Source: Octopus sinensis (Eukaryota). From it: 64,000 nucleotides of DNA. The translations under genes were made by a program, and so were the position numbers. Shown here piece after piece: positions 12,163-23,891 of the stretch. The stretch is from contig NC_043007.1 of the NCBI RefSeq assembly GCF_006345805.1, positions 25,606,001 through 25,670,000 on the forward strand, in the 5' to 3' direction. Position 1 is the first letter of the stretch. Every line of letters starts with the position of its first letter. The notes under the pieces are model-generated. The model made no database searches and had not been told where the DNA came from. It saw nothing but the letters and a program-made list of their open reading frames with translations.

Positions 12163-12550
12163 TCTTTCTATATAAAAGAGAGGTTGTGTCTGTCTCCTAC
12201 GATTTAGATTCCTAACTACTCCCACATTTTACGGTGCAGTTTAACCAAAACCGGGTATCTTATGGTCGTGATTCATATCGAGCCCTTCTGGGTATTAGCG
12301 CGCGTCTATGATGAGTCTACGATTTTAAAAAAAATTTACCATCATTTTTTCCATTTTAATGCATTTTTTTCGCTATTATATAAGTAACTCTCTAAAAATG
12401 TCTACGATGAGTCAACGATTTAAAAAAAAAATTACCACCATTTTTTTCCCAATTTTAATGCATTTTTTTTGCTATTTTTTGGCTATAACTCTCTAAAAAT
12501 TCCTATATAGTTATTTCCCTTACAAAACCGAGCAACGCCGGGCGATACTG
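12163..12550 (+). mobile_element. Helitron-like element, related subfamily
   Basis: TC..TATATAA start and the same CGAGCAACGCCGGGCGATACTG end; terminal CTAG is degenerate. Confidence 0.6.
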
Positions 12551-13612
12551 ATAATTTAATATAATAACGAGTTTGTGTCTATGTGGTGGCCTTTCGTCGA
12601 CTTTCACGAACGATATCCCAGTTTGTCAGTCACTCTATTTTAATGTGCGTATTTTATTGATATTGTACCCTTAATGTAGAATCAGTATGATTTAGTTTTA
12701 TGAAAATGGGGTACGGTCCATTTGAAATATATACAAAAATAAAAATTATGTGGAATTCCTCAATATTCCACAAATCTGTAACGTTCGCATTCAGCGTGAA
12801 GCAATGCGTGCGAGTCACACCTCTTGAGAATTACAGGAATATATTGTAAGCATAACTAATGCAGGGGAGATAATTTCATTTCTCACAAAAATTACGTCCC
12901 TTGAGCATTTAATTTCTTTTTTTTTTGTTTGTTTTTTGGTTCCTTTGTCAATGTCTTAAAATCTTAATTTTTTTTTTTCATCTCTTTTTTTGTAGTATCA
13001 TGGAATTCACGTTCGTCCCGGATATCAGAATTTTTATAATCCGAAAAGGAAACGTCTGAAGGGGAGAAGTATAACGGTCAGTGTATACTCTTTCTTTTAC
13101 TCTTTCTTTTACTCTTTTACTTGTTTCAGTCATTTGACTGCGGCCATGCTGGAGCACCGCCTTTAGTCGAGCAAATCGACCCCAAGGCTTATTCTTTGTA
13201 AGCCCAGTACTTATTCTATCGGTCTCTTTTGCCGAACCGCTAAGTGACGGGGACGTAAACACACCAGCATCAGTTGTCAAGCAATGCTAGGAGGACAGAC
13301 ACAGACACACATATATATATACATATATACGACAGGCTTCTTTCAGTTTCCGTCTACCAAATCCACTCACAAGGCTTTGGTCGGCCCGAGGCTATAGTAG
13401 AAGACACTTGCCCAAGGTGCCACGCAGTGGAACTGAACCCGGAACCATGCGGTTGGTAAACAAGCTACTTACCACACAGCCACTCCTGCGCTATATATAT
13501 AAATTAAAAATTATAAGGGTGAAAAATTGAATATTAATTTGATTAATATCAATTTAAAACCAGTGGTCTAGCATATTAAAATCTGAAGAATCAGAAAAAT
13601 TATATTACATAC

Positions 13613-13765
13613 ATATAAGGAGATGACCACCATGTGGACATCCATTATGCTAGAAGTAGATCCGCTATGGTCTTACCACTAAGAAACATTCCTTTCTTAG
13701 TCGTAAGACTATAGCGGATCTACTTCTAGCATAATGGATGTCCACGTAGTTGTCATCCCTCTTAT
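13613..13765. repeat. Long palindrome (fold-back)
   Basis: 53-bp core arms (13634-13686 / 13693-13745) with 2 mismatches and a 6-nt loop CATTCC. Confidence 0.9.
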
Positions 13766-13767
13766 GC

Positions 13768-13820
<53 letters not shown>

Positions 13821-13912
13821 GGCTATTTTGCAATCATGTTTCTTCATATTAAAAAAAAATCTCTCAAATATGATAATAATAATAATGTTAATAGTAATAA
13901 TAATAATAATAA

Positions 13913-14186
13913 CCATCAAAAAGCTATGGTTAATGAAGCACGTATACATTGTGCTAATAATTTCTCGTGCCCCAGGTACAGGTAGCAAAGAAACTGAAAA
14001 GGGGTTGGAAACGATAGGCATAAAGATGAAAGCACGGCACATCCCTAAAACAGCATTGTTTGGCTGTGCAAACAGTCTCTGCAAAGTCCTCAAAACTTGA
14101 AAAGGATATACCTCATTAGTTCATAGAAAGTGAATAATTTTTTACATTAATAACATCCTACAACAACGAGCTGAGTATGTCACATA
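13913..14186 (+). mobile_element. R4/Dong-like (restriction-like endonuclease) LINE 3' fragment
   Basis: KKLWLMKHVYIVLIISRAPGTGSKETEKGLETIGI...IPKTALFGCANSLCKVL* resembles the RLE-LINE C-terminus; (TAA)n on both sides. Confidence 0.65.
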
Positions 14187-14220
14187 TTATAATAATAATA
14201 ATAATAATAATGATAATAAG

Positions 14221-14777
14221 TGCCCCGATGCAGTACCAGGCAGTGGCTCTCATGGCTTCTGATCTTAACTGATAGGGAAGTGTTATCATGTACTTTGTTT
14301 TGTCTTGGTATAAAAGATGGGCTACAGCAAATATTCTGCTCAATACCACAGATTTGCTTGTCAGTTGTTTGACCTTAACCAGTTGAGCATGTCCCCTAGT
14401 GGCTGACGATATGTGCATCTCTGATCACGAGCAGAAGTAGTGGGGGAGCATCATAGCCATGTGCTGAGAGGAATTCTTTGGGGTTGGAATAATTCACCTT
14501 TGGAAACATGGGTGGTTCGTTCAACATCCTTAAGCAATCCTTATTCAGGGACCTTTTGTGTGGGTTGGGCTACTCGACCAGAAGGAAATTCTAACTGGGC
14601 CCCACCTGCGAGGTCATGCACTGTTTATCTCGATATGAGATCACCATGTTGCTCACATATGGTTGTGATGCCTGTGCCTAGTGTACCCTTATCAGACGGG
14701 TAGTCATGATGGGTATACTGGGCTTCGTATATTTTACTCCAGTGTCACTTTGATGGCATGCACTGCTCTCTCACTCA
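14221..14777 (-). mobile_element. 550-bp microsatellite-flanked element, copy B
   Basis: Reverse complement of 2790-3340; (TAA)n on both flanks. Confidence 0.85.
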
Positions 14778-14782
14778 ATAAT

Positions 14783-14824
<42 letters not shown>

Positions 14825-15347
14825 TCTTTCTATGATAGGCACAAGGCCAGAAGTTTTTCAGGGAGAGGTCTAGTAGATTACATTGACTCTAGTCCTTAAC
14901 TGATACATATTTCTTCAATCCCAAAAGGATGAAAGGCAAAGTCAACCGTGACAGCATTTGAACAAACAGACGAAATGCTGTTATGCATTTTTCCCTGGCA
15001 TGTTAACAATTCTGCCAGCTCACCATCTAATAATAATAATAATAATGATAATTTTGAGAGTAGACCTGTTTGTTCATGCCATGTGCATGACTGTCACTCA
15101 CCTTTAAAAATATATACTCAAGGGTATCACTCCTTGTCCACTGTCACCTTTCCAAGTGGCGGAGAGAAAAAATATATTGATGAAAACTTGGTCAAAGGGG
15201 AAGGTGTCTTCTCAGTTCATTCAATGTCGTCCACCATGCAACATCTTTTGCCATAGCCATCTGACAAAAGAAAAACTACATGTCATCCTATTTCGTTTTT
15301 GGATTTGGTTTGCAAGATTCTTTATATGAGTTCGTGTGTTGAAGCAT

Positions 15348-16124
15348 ATTCTGTTGTGTCTGGGGAGAGTCGTTTTCTTTTTGTGCCTTATAATGTAACA
15401 CACTCACTGGTAAAATTTCCACTTATTTCTTATTTTTATTTTTCTAAAATTTTCGTTGCGTCTTGCAACCTTTTCAATAGTCTAAAAAATACTGTACGAT
15501 TTACATCAAAATGTTACAAAGGTCCATCTGAGTAGAATAGGAACTAAAGGGGTCCTTAGGTGTAAAAACGGTTGAAAATTTTCGTTGCGTCTTGCAGTCT
15601 TTTCGGTTTTTATTTTCCTAAATTTTTGTTGCATCTTACAACTTTTTCAATAGTCTTATATATATAAATATGTAAATATGTCCATGGGTGTTAGACGGGT
15701 GGAGTTTGAAAAGGTGCTCAGAGTTATTGTTTGTAAGATGGTTGATAATTTTATGGGCGTCTGCCAAACCAGCTGCCAGACGTCGGAGTTTCAATGTGTC
15801 CATAATAAGGGTGAAAAATTGAATATTAATTTGAATTTTATCAATTTAAAACGAGTGGTCTAGCATATTAAAATCTGAAGATTCAGAAAAATTATATTAC
15901 ATACATATAAGAGGGATGACCATTACATGGACATCCATTATGCTAGAAGTAGATCCGCTATGGCCTTACCACTAAGAAAATTTCTACAACCACATCACCC
16001 CCTAACATCGCAACGAAAATTTTAGGAAAATAAAAATAAGAAAAGAAGTGGAAATTTTACCAGTGAGTGTGTTACATTATAAGGCACAATAAAAAAAAAT
16101 GACTCTCCCCAGACACAACAGAAT
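15348..16124. repeat. Roughly 113-bp inverted repeats enclosing about 550 bp of repeat fragments
   Basis: 15348-15460 is the reverse complement of 16009-16124, with few differences. Confidence 0.85.
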
Positions 16125-16282
16125 CCTTGTCATCCTGTTTGAAGGAAGGCAGTCATAACTCCACAAGTCAGTAATGTTCCAATGCAAACTGAGTTTGTAA
16201 CATGCTCTGCATGCATCTTAAAGATACTTCCATTTCTGTAGATTTTGTAATGTTTTCATATCAGATCAAGTAAAATATTATT

Positions 16283-16287
<5 letters not shown>

Positions 16288-16316
<29 letters not shown>

Positions 16317-16512
16317 CTAGTTTCAGCTCACGAGCTGTGGCCATGCTGGGGCACCGCCATTTGGTGTTGCTACATGGTTTTACTTCACGAATGCTTTTTA
16401 GCAACTGCCATTTGGTGCATGAGAGAGTTCGATGCAGCTGCCCTCATCTGCACCTCCTGCCGTGAAGTTGGTTCATCTGGGATACCTGACAAGAAAAGAT
16501 CCAGTTTCATTG
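16288..16512 (-). mobile_element. CR1/L2-group LINE 3' fragment with (AATC)n tail
   Basis: KLDLFLSGIPDEPTSRQEVQMRAAASNSLMHQMAVAKKHS*. The UTR ends GGCGGTGCCCCAGCATGGCCACAGCTC; a second tail fragment lies at 62155-62225. Confidence 0.75.
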
Positions 16513-16607
16513 CTTTTTTTTTTATATTTTGTGATTCATGTATATCCCTTTACTAATTAATAATTATTACTCATTACTAATTATCAAACCATTTCTTATT
16601 TCCTCAG

Positions 16608-16734
16608 TGTGTGGATACAGTGGAGAAAGCATTTTCTTATGTTGACAGCAGTAAGCCATTAATATTTGTCCATTCTGGTGTATACGAAGGGGAATATTTA
16701 GCAGTCGATAGTAACATATCTGTGGTTGGTGCAG
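16608..16734 (+). CDS. FBXO11: FBXO11 exon 1 of 11 in window (internal exon, region after the F-box)
   Basis: tcctcag|TGT...GCAG|gtacgt. Translates CVDTVEKAFSYVDSSKPLIFVHSGVYEGEYLAVDSNISVVGA, matching the recalled FBXO11 DTIEDAL..LIFVHSGIY..IGAAP segment. Its phase-1 end joins the next exon in frame. Confidence 0.85.
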
Positions 16735-17027
16735 GTACGTATCGAATCTCTGTTTAATGTCATCTATCTTTAACACTTTGTAGTCATGTCTTTGGGTATT
16801 TTTACTGGCCTCGGTCACTGGGTTGTTGGTTATGCTGAGGTACCACCTTCTGTTGGTTTTAGTTGGTTATATTACTATTTATCATCATCCACTCTGATAT
16901 ATATATGTGTATGTCTGTGTGTATGTGTGTGTGTATATGTATAGATATGTGTTTGTGTGTATATATGTGCATGTGTGTGTGTGTGTATGTATGTGTGTGT
17001 GTATATATATATATATATATGCCTGTG

Positions 17028-17066
<39 letters not shown>

Positions 17067-17131
17067 CTGTATGTGTGTGTGTGTATATATATATATATAT
17101 AATATATATATATATATAATATATATATATA

Positions 17132-17178
<47 letters not shown>

Positions 17179-17394
17179 GTGTATGTATGTGTGTGTATAT
17201 ACACAGCGTCCACCCAAGAAATGTATACACACTCCAGGAAAGGAAGAAATCTGTATAAATATATTAATTCAGTGTTATTGCAGTATATTCAGTGTTATCA
17301 CCATTTGATAAAATACCATAAGAGGTATCTATATTTATAGAGGTACTTATACAAGTTAGATATGTACACAAAATTTTCCTTTCCTGAAGTGTGT

Positions 17395-17583
17395 ATACAT
17401 TTTTGGAGTGGACACTACACTCTTGGAGTGGTTGGTGTTAAGAAGGGCATCCGACTGTGGAAACTTTGCCAGATCAGATTGGAGCCTGGTGCAGCCATCA
17501 AGTTCACCAGGCTTCAGTCAAATCGTCTAACCCATGCTAGTATGGAAAGCGGACATTAAATGACGACGATGATGATGATGATG

Positions 17584-17585
<2 letters not shown>
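17395..17585 (+). mobile_element. RTE 3'-UTR-derived repeat (family B, (GAT)n tail)
   Basis: Ends CATGGAAAGCGGAC(A/G)TTAAA..GATGATG. Other copies near 26270 -, 28780 -, 29870 +, 33130 +, 35790 +, 36660 +, 40000 -, 45060 -, 50035 +, 60465 + and 63201 +. Confidence 0.8.
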
Positions 17586-17620
<35 letters not shown>

Positions 17621-17683
17621 TAAATATAGATAGATAGGTCAGTATATATATGTGTGTGTGTGTGTGTGTATATATATATAGAG

Positions 17684-18098
17684 AATACCAAACGAGTTCC
17701 CTATGGATACCACATTTATTACAACTCGTGGCTTGTAAACGTATCTAACGAGCGAAAGTGAGTTAGATATGATTACAAGCCACGAGTTGTAATAAATACG
17801 GTATCCATAGGGAATGAGTTTGGTATTTTATTTATTACACACGAATAAACGACCATATTTTATTAACCCAATAACTAAATTCTTCACGTTTAGTTGTAAC
17901 TTATGAATGACAAAAGTAGTGCCGTCACCGTGACCTCGAGTCATCACCATGGATTGACCAATCAGAAGCAGTGCTGTCACTGTGACCTCGGGTCATCACC
18001 ATGGATTGACCAATCAGAAGCAGCGCTCGCAGTATCTGACATATGTTAGATACCAAAAATATCTCAAAGTGTTCTCACTCACATGTGTGTAATAAATA
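17684..18098. mobile_element. Palindromic non-autonomous DNA element (hairpin + 14-bp IR-bounded part + 52-bp tandem duplication)
   Basis: 66-bp arms across 17684-17827; TATTTATTACACAC / GTGTGTAATAAATA at 17829 and 18098; tandem units at 17924 and 17976. Confidence 0.7.
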
Positions 18099-18907
18099 CA
18101 TATATTGACCTACCTCTCTGTCTAGCTGAAAGATAAAGATGAGTTGATCAGTCCTTATGTTGCCAAAGTCATCTTTCCCGTTTGTCCTTTCCAAGTTGAG
18201 GTATTATTCTCTCCCAAAATATTTAATGTTCCCTATTCTCCTTTGATGCAGCAGTAAACACTGAAATATTACCTTAATTCCTGAATTTTACCCAATGCTG
18301 TACCCCACTCAGATGAGCGCTCTGCCTTTTGAGTATTTGGTGAGCTCACTGGTGCTGCTACTGCTGTGAGACAAAAGGCATCAAGTGCCCCTTTGTAGAG
18401 TGGTTGGTTTTAGGAAAGGCATCCAACTGTAGATACCATTCCAAAGCTGGTGTTGTAGCTCAGCGCAGTTGCTTGGCTTGGTTGTTGTTTCCTGTGAAAC
18501 CATCCATCTTATGCCAGTATGGGAAAAGAGATATTAATTGATGATGACGATGATGATGATGATGCTCTTTCTGATACAGATTGCCATTACTTTAGATCCC
18601 TTGAAATTATGATGATATTTAAGTCTAACTGAGCTGGCAGAGACATTAGCACACCGGGCGAAATGCTTAGCGGTATTTTGTCTTTCTTTATGTTCTGAGT
18701 TCAAATTCCACCGAGGTCAACTTTGCATTTCATCCTTTCAGGGTCGATAAATAAAGTACCAGTTGTGTACTGAGGTCTATCTAATATCTAATCAACTGTC
18801 CCCATCCCTAAAAATTTCGGGCCTTATGCCTAGAGTAGAAAAAGATATTTAAGTCTTCCTGTGTTGTTTCTGAAATGCTTTACCTCTTTTTTTTTTTCTT
18901 TTTTCAG

Positions 18908-19014
18908 CCCCTGGAAATGTGATAGACCATGTCATTATTGAACGTGAAGCTAAATCAACAGTAGTATTTTCTGAAGGAGCAAAAGAAGCATACATTGGTT
19001 ACATCACAATAAAA
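18908..19014 (+). CDS. FBXO11: FBXO11 exon 2
   Basis: ttttcag|CC...AAA|gtaagt. (A)PGNVIDHVIIEREAKSTVVFSEGAKEAYIGYITIK. Confidence 0.92.
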
Positions 19015-20251
19015 GTAAGTCTGTCTTCTATGGTATGGCATCTTTGTTTAATTTGTTTCCCTTTTGTTTTGTTTTGTTTTGTTTTGTTTCTAAACTTCTC
19101 TTCTTTAACAACTGAACATAATTCCCCACAACAGCCGAATCACTTCTTCCTTTTTAAAATTTTTGTGACTGAGGAGACACCAATATGTTGAAACACTGGT
19201 GTTCCAGAATCCTCTGCACCACTGAGTCAAGAATGTTGCACACACTGATGACATAAAAGAGGATATTCTCCTATGATGCACACTGCAGCAACTAACATAT
19301 TTTACATCTGAATTGCCTAGATGTATTGACTTTTTGCATGCTGTAGTCACGTCATGTTGCTGTACGAGTTTTCTCCCCACTTAACGTGACACAGTGTACC
19401 TGCAGCTACAGGGGAGAGAACTCATATGGAGCCATGATGTGCCTAAGCATGCTAAAGGTCAAGAATAAATATGCATATATTTGTTTCAGATCTTGCTGTA
19501 CATGGTGCAAATAACGATGTTTTTTTATATAACAATGCTTTTTCAAATTATGTTTTTTACTCTATATCCTCATATCAAGTCTCTTTATTTACAGAACACC
19601 TATGTTTTACATACACGGTATGGATTGCACTCTGTGAATGCTGCTTTCTGTTGGTACATTATCAGCATTCCTCTCAGACTCAAAGACAGGAGTGCAAATC
19701 AAGAATTTCATTCCACATGGAACTAAAAGATAGTATCTATTTCTTTACTACCCACAAGGGGCTAAACACAGAGGCGACAAACAAACGGATTAAGTCGATT
19801 ACATCGACCACAGTGCGTAACTGGTACTTAATTTATCGACCCCGAAAGGATGAAAGGCAAAGTCGACCTCGGCAGAATTTGAACTCAGAATGTAACGGCA
19901 GATGAAATACGGCTACATTTCGCCCGGCATGCTAACATTTCAGCCAGATGGCCTGGAACTAAAAGATAGTATCACATTTGATATGAATTAGATTGGTCAA
20001 ATGCTTGACCATAAGGAGTAATTCTTAAAATGTTCTTCATTTCTTGTTTTTGACATATATATATATATATATAAGTATATTTTGATATATATATATATAA
20101 ATATATATATAAATATATATAAATATATATATAAATATATATATATATATAATATATATATATATATAAGTTTTAAAGAAAGATTTTAAAACCTGTATTT
20201 CATTAAGGTAAAAATTATACTTTGCCCTTTCTTTTTTTTCTCTTCAATTAG

Positions 20252-20363
20252 TTTTCACCTGATAGCAGCTCATCTGTCCCTCATCATAAACATTATGCTC
20301 TTGAAGTCCAAGACAACTGTTCACCTACAATTGACCATTGTCGCATCAAGAGTACCTCGGTGG
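20252..20363 (+). CDS. FBXO11: FBXO11 exon 3
   Basis: caattag|TTT...GTGG|gtaggt. FSPDSSSSVPHHKHYALEVQDNCSPTIDHCRIKSTSV(V). Confidence 0.92.
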
Positions 20364-21176
20364 GTAGGTAGAGAGACAAGACTTTTCATCATCTTTTTTC
20401 TTTCCTTCCTTTCTCTATTTGATCCGTTTCTTCTTTTTCCTTTTACTTTTTTGATTCGTTACTTTATTTTTTTTAATGCAGTTTAATTGTACAATCAGTT
20501 TGATCTTCACTTATTAGCCTGGAACTATGTACATGTCCTGAGATAAGACAGTTAAGGACAACTGGAAATAGAACCAGACAAAATATATATATAGCAGGTG
20601 GGTGTAAATATTATAAAGAAGGCATGTGGCTTAGTGGTTTGAACATCAGACTCACAATCATGTGATAGTGAGTTCGATTCCCGAACTGGACTGTGTATTG
20701 TTTTCTTAAGCAAGACTCTTTATTTCATGTTGCTCCAGTTCACTCAGTTGTAGAGATGAGTTTCGACATCACTGGTACCAAGATGTATCAATCCTTGCCT
20801 TTCCCTTGGGCAACATCGGTGGCAAGGAGAGGGGAGACTGGCATGCACAGGTGACTGTTGGTCATCCATAAACGACCTTGTCTGTACTTGTGCCTCAGAT
20901 GGGAACTTTCTAGGTGCAATCCCATGGTCATTCATGACTGAAGAAGGCCTTTTAAATATAAAATACGTTTAATGTGAAGAGATGGGGTTTATTTAATGAA
21001 AACTCCTAAACTAATTAGCATTCATCTCAGACATTTAGATATTAATTAAAGCTTGTTGATTTTTTTTTTTTTTTTTTCAAGAGGTCATGACATAAAAAGT
21101 TTAGCTTTGATTCTTTGGTGAGTTTTTACAGACATTGTGTTTAATTTGGTGCTTCTTTCTTGATCTCTTCCCTTAG

Positions 21177-21283
21177 TTGGTGCTGCTGTTTGTGTGTCGG
21201 GTATGGGGGCCGACCCCCACCTCAAGCATTGCATTATCAAAGACTGCGAGAATGTTGGCTTGTATGTCACTGATCATGCACAG
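21177..21283 (+). CDS. FBXO11: FBXO11 exon 4 (start of PbH1 repeats)
   Basis: cccttag|TT...CAG|gtaaga. (V)[35 protein letters not shown]. Confidence 0.95.
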
Positions 21284-21911
21284 GTAAGAATTAAATCTTT
21301 CACCTTGATTATATAAAACTAAACATACCCTCTGCTGGTTCTCATCACTTGAAACCTGAAGCCTGATATCGACCATGGCTTATGGAGATAGTTAAAATGA
21401 AATTTGGAAACCTGAAGTTGAAATGGCTGAGTAAATTCTTGTTTGAGTGTGTGGCTGGCTGCAAGTATGCACTATTGAAAAGATCCAAAAAGGTTAAAAT
21501 GCATCTGGTGTTCTTGTAGGCTACTGCTGGAATGAATTGTCTCTTCCTCTGATATTTATTGTTTTTAACATAGCATGTTCACAAGAGATATTATTCCAGG
21601 ATAAATACTGCAGTAATTGGCCTAATGATAGTATGTATACTTTAAATATGATATATAGATGGCTATTTTAAATTAATACTGTCTCAATTGGTTATACTGA
21701 ATATATATTCACTGCCTGCACACGTGTTTGCCTGTAAACATTCAGTGAAGCTCTACATTGCACAGATAGCTTACCAGCTGCTATTTCTAGCAATGATTGT
21801 ACTTAGTGTACATCAGCTTGGTATATTTATAATTCTACCTGTTATGGTGCTTTATTGTTGCTGGACGGTAATATTATTTTTAATAATATTTATATTTCTT
21901 GTATGTATACA

Positions 21912-21946
<35 letters not shown>

Positions 21947-21978
21947 ATGAGAAGTAATGGTGTCAGTAAGACTCAAAA

Positions 21979-22406
21979 GGGATCTTTTCGGTTGGAAAGG
22001 CAGTTTTTAACATAATTTCTAGGTAACTAAAAAATTTTAAACTTTGTATACTGGTAGAATGTGTTTATAAAACGTCTTTTTCTCTTGGCTTTATTGAGAA
22101 AATTCTATAGTCTGTAAGATATTTGGTTTTTTTTCTTCAATTTCTGCAATTTCAACCAATCACTGACGTCCATTGAGGTAAAAAAAGCATTCTGTGCCGT
22201 ATGAATATGTCCCTCGTTTAAGAAACAGATTGGGTTTATTTACATTTGTGAAGAAAAAAAGATACCCTTTCCCCACCCCTAACCCTAACCAACCATAACC
22301 CTAAAACAGATTGAAATGCAATAGATCGATACTAGGGTCATAATTATGGGTGACAATTTCATATGACATCGCTAGAAAAAACTGCTGTTCAAACCGAAAA
22401 GATCCC
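21979..22406. mobile_element. TIR-bounded MITE with internal CCCTAA repeats
   Basis: 30-bp TIRs GGGATCTTTTCGGTTGGAAAGGCAGTTTTT / AAAAACTGCTGTTCAAACCGAAAAGATCCC. Confidence 0.75.
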
Positions 22407-22515
22407 CCAAAGGTGTCAGGTAATGCTGAATAAGTGCTATGGATAGACCATAGTTAAGCTCCAGGTTCGGTGATTATGTGAATAAGGAGTCCAACGTAGG
22501 TTATATATATATATA

Positions 22516-22895
22516 CACTACCGTCAGAAATTAATTAGCACCCTTGATTTGCTCTTCACTCAAGGTATGTGCTGTCACCTAGTGGCCATATCTCGAACTA
22601 TTGCTTTGTTGCGAGTTCACTGTTGCGCAGAACGATGACGTAACTTTGTTTGCAGAGCAGTTTGAGAGTCTACAGCCTTATGATGTTGACATAGCAGTGC
22701 AACAACAACTTGGAGTGCGGATGCAGACAAATCTTCCTTTGTTTAATAGATATAGGTAGCGCCTCGCAAGGACCGAAATCACACCATACTAAGTTTTCTC
22801 ATTGCGTAAGACGTTTTGAACAGCTCATAGGTTAATTGATTTAACCTATTTAATGTAGAAATTTGAGAAGTGCTAATTAATTTCTGACGCAAGTG
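22516..22895. mobile_element. Tc1/mariner-type MITE
   Basis: 26-bp TIR CACTACCGTCAGAAATTAATTAGCAC (2 mismatches) with TA on both flanks. Confidence 0.85.
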
Positions 22896-23506
22896 TATAT
22901 GTATCATGTGGAAATGGGTGCTCTTACTGTACAGTAAATTTATTGTTCAGTTTGCAGCTTTTTCTTTTTAGTAATCACATTAAAACCCCTCTGATGCATG
23001 ATCCCTTAGGGGTCTGTGCAGTCTGAGAAAGGCTGTCAGTAGAGAGAGAAAACAACATGGGCATGTTTCCTCCCGCCATCTCTCTCTCTCTCATTTTGCG
23101 TGTGTGTGTGTGTAAAACAGGGGACTACTACAAATGCAAACACACCAGTCAACCAGACAGTCTCTATACGGTCGTTGAACCTGCTAGAAATAGCAGCACC
23201 TATTCTCTCTCTGATAACATCCTGCTCTCTTAAAATGAAGAATATTTTAAGCCAAGTAGTCCTAGATATAATGTTACCATGTTTAAATGAAAGAAAGGAT
23301 GACCTTAGCCGTATGCTTCTGACCCTAGGTCTGCTCTAGAATTGAACAACAAATGAACCAAAATGAGTGTAGGATTTCCTTTTAATTTCTCAGTAGCTTT
23401 AAGTACAGATTAAATCAGGAATTCATTTTCCCCAGCTCCAGCAATACTGTAATGTGCTAATAGAGGATAAAATATATCAACAAATGCCTGTCTAAATACT
23501 ACCTTT

Positions 23507-23891
23507 GATGGATGGAAGCACTCCGTCGGTTACGACGACGAGGGTTCCGGTTGATCCGAATCAACGGAACAGCCTGCTCGTGAAATTAACGTGTAAGTGG
23601 CTGAGCACTCCACACCCTTAACGTAGTTCTCGGGGATATTCAGCGTGACACAGAGAGTGACAAGGCCGGCCCTTTGAAATACAGGTACAACAGAAACAGG
23701 AAGTAAGAGTGAGAGAAAGTTGTGGTGAAAGAGTACAGCAGGGATCACCACCATTCCCTACCGGAGCCTCATGGAGCTTTTTTTAGGTGTTTTCGCTCAA
23801 TAAACACTCACAACGCCCGGTCTGGGAATCGAAACGGCGATCCTATGACCGCGAGTCCGCTGCCCTAACCACTGGGCCATTGCGCCTCCAC
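23507..23891 (-). mobile_element. tRNA-Arg-like SINE, tail A
   Basis: Homologous to 79-460; TSD ACTACCTTT. Confidence 0.85.

Noticed and set aside
14158-14418. Conserved small protein (MHISSAT.GHAQLVKVKQLTSKS), also at 47409-47603
   Set aside because: The recurrence reflects copies of the same 550-bp repeat; the frame is not maintained between copies.
1-16607. Upstream FBXO11 exons (F-box, HV.PG segment)
   Set aside because: AG...GT candidates near 1860, 3484, 4494 and 15122 did not translate to FBXO11-like sequence. A small divergent exon could have been missed.
22277-22303. Interstitial telomere or chromosome fusion scar
   Set aside because: Only a few imperfect units, and they lie inside a TIR element.
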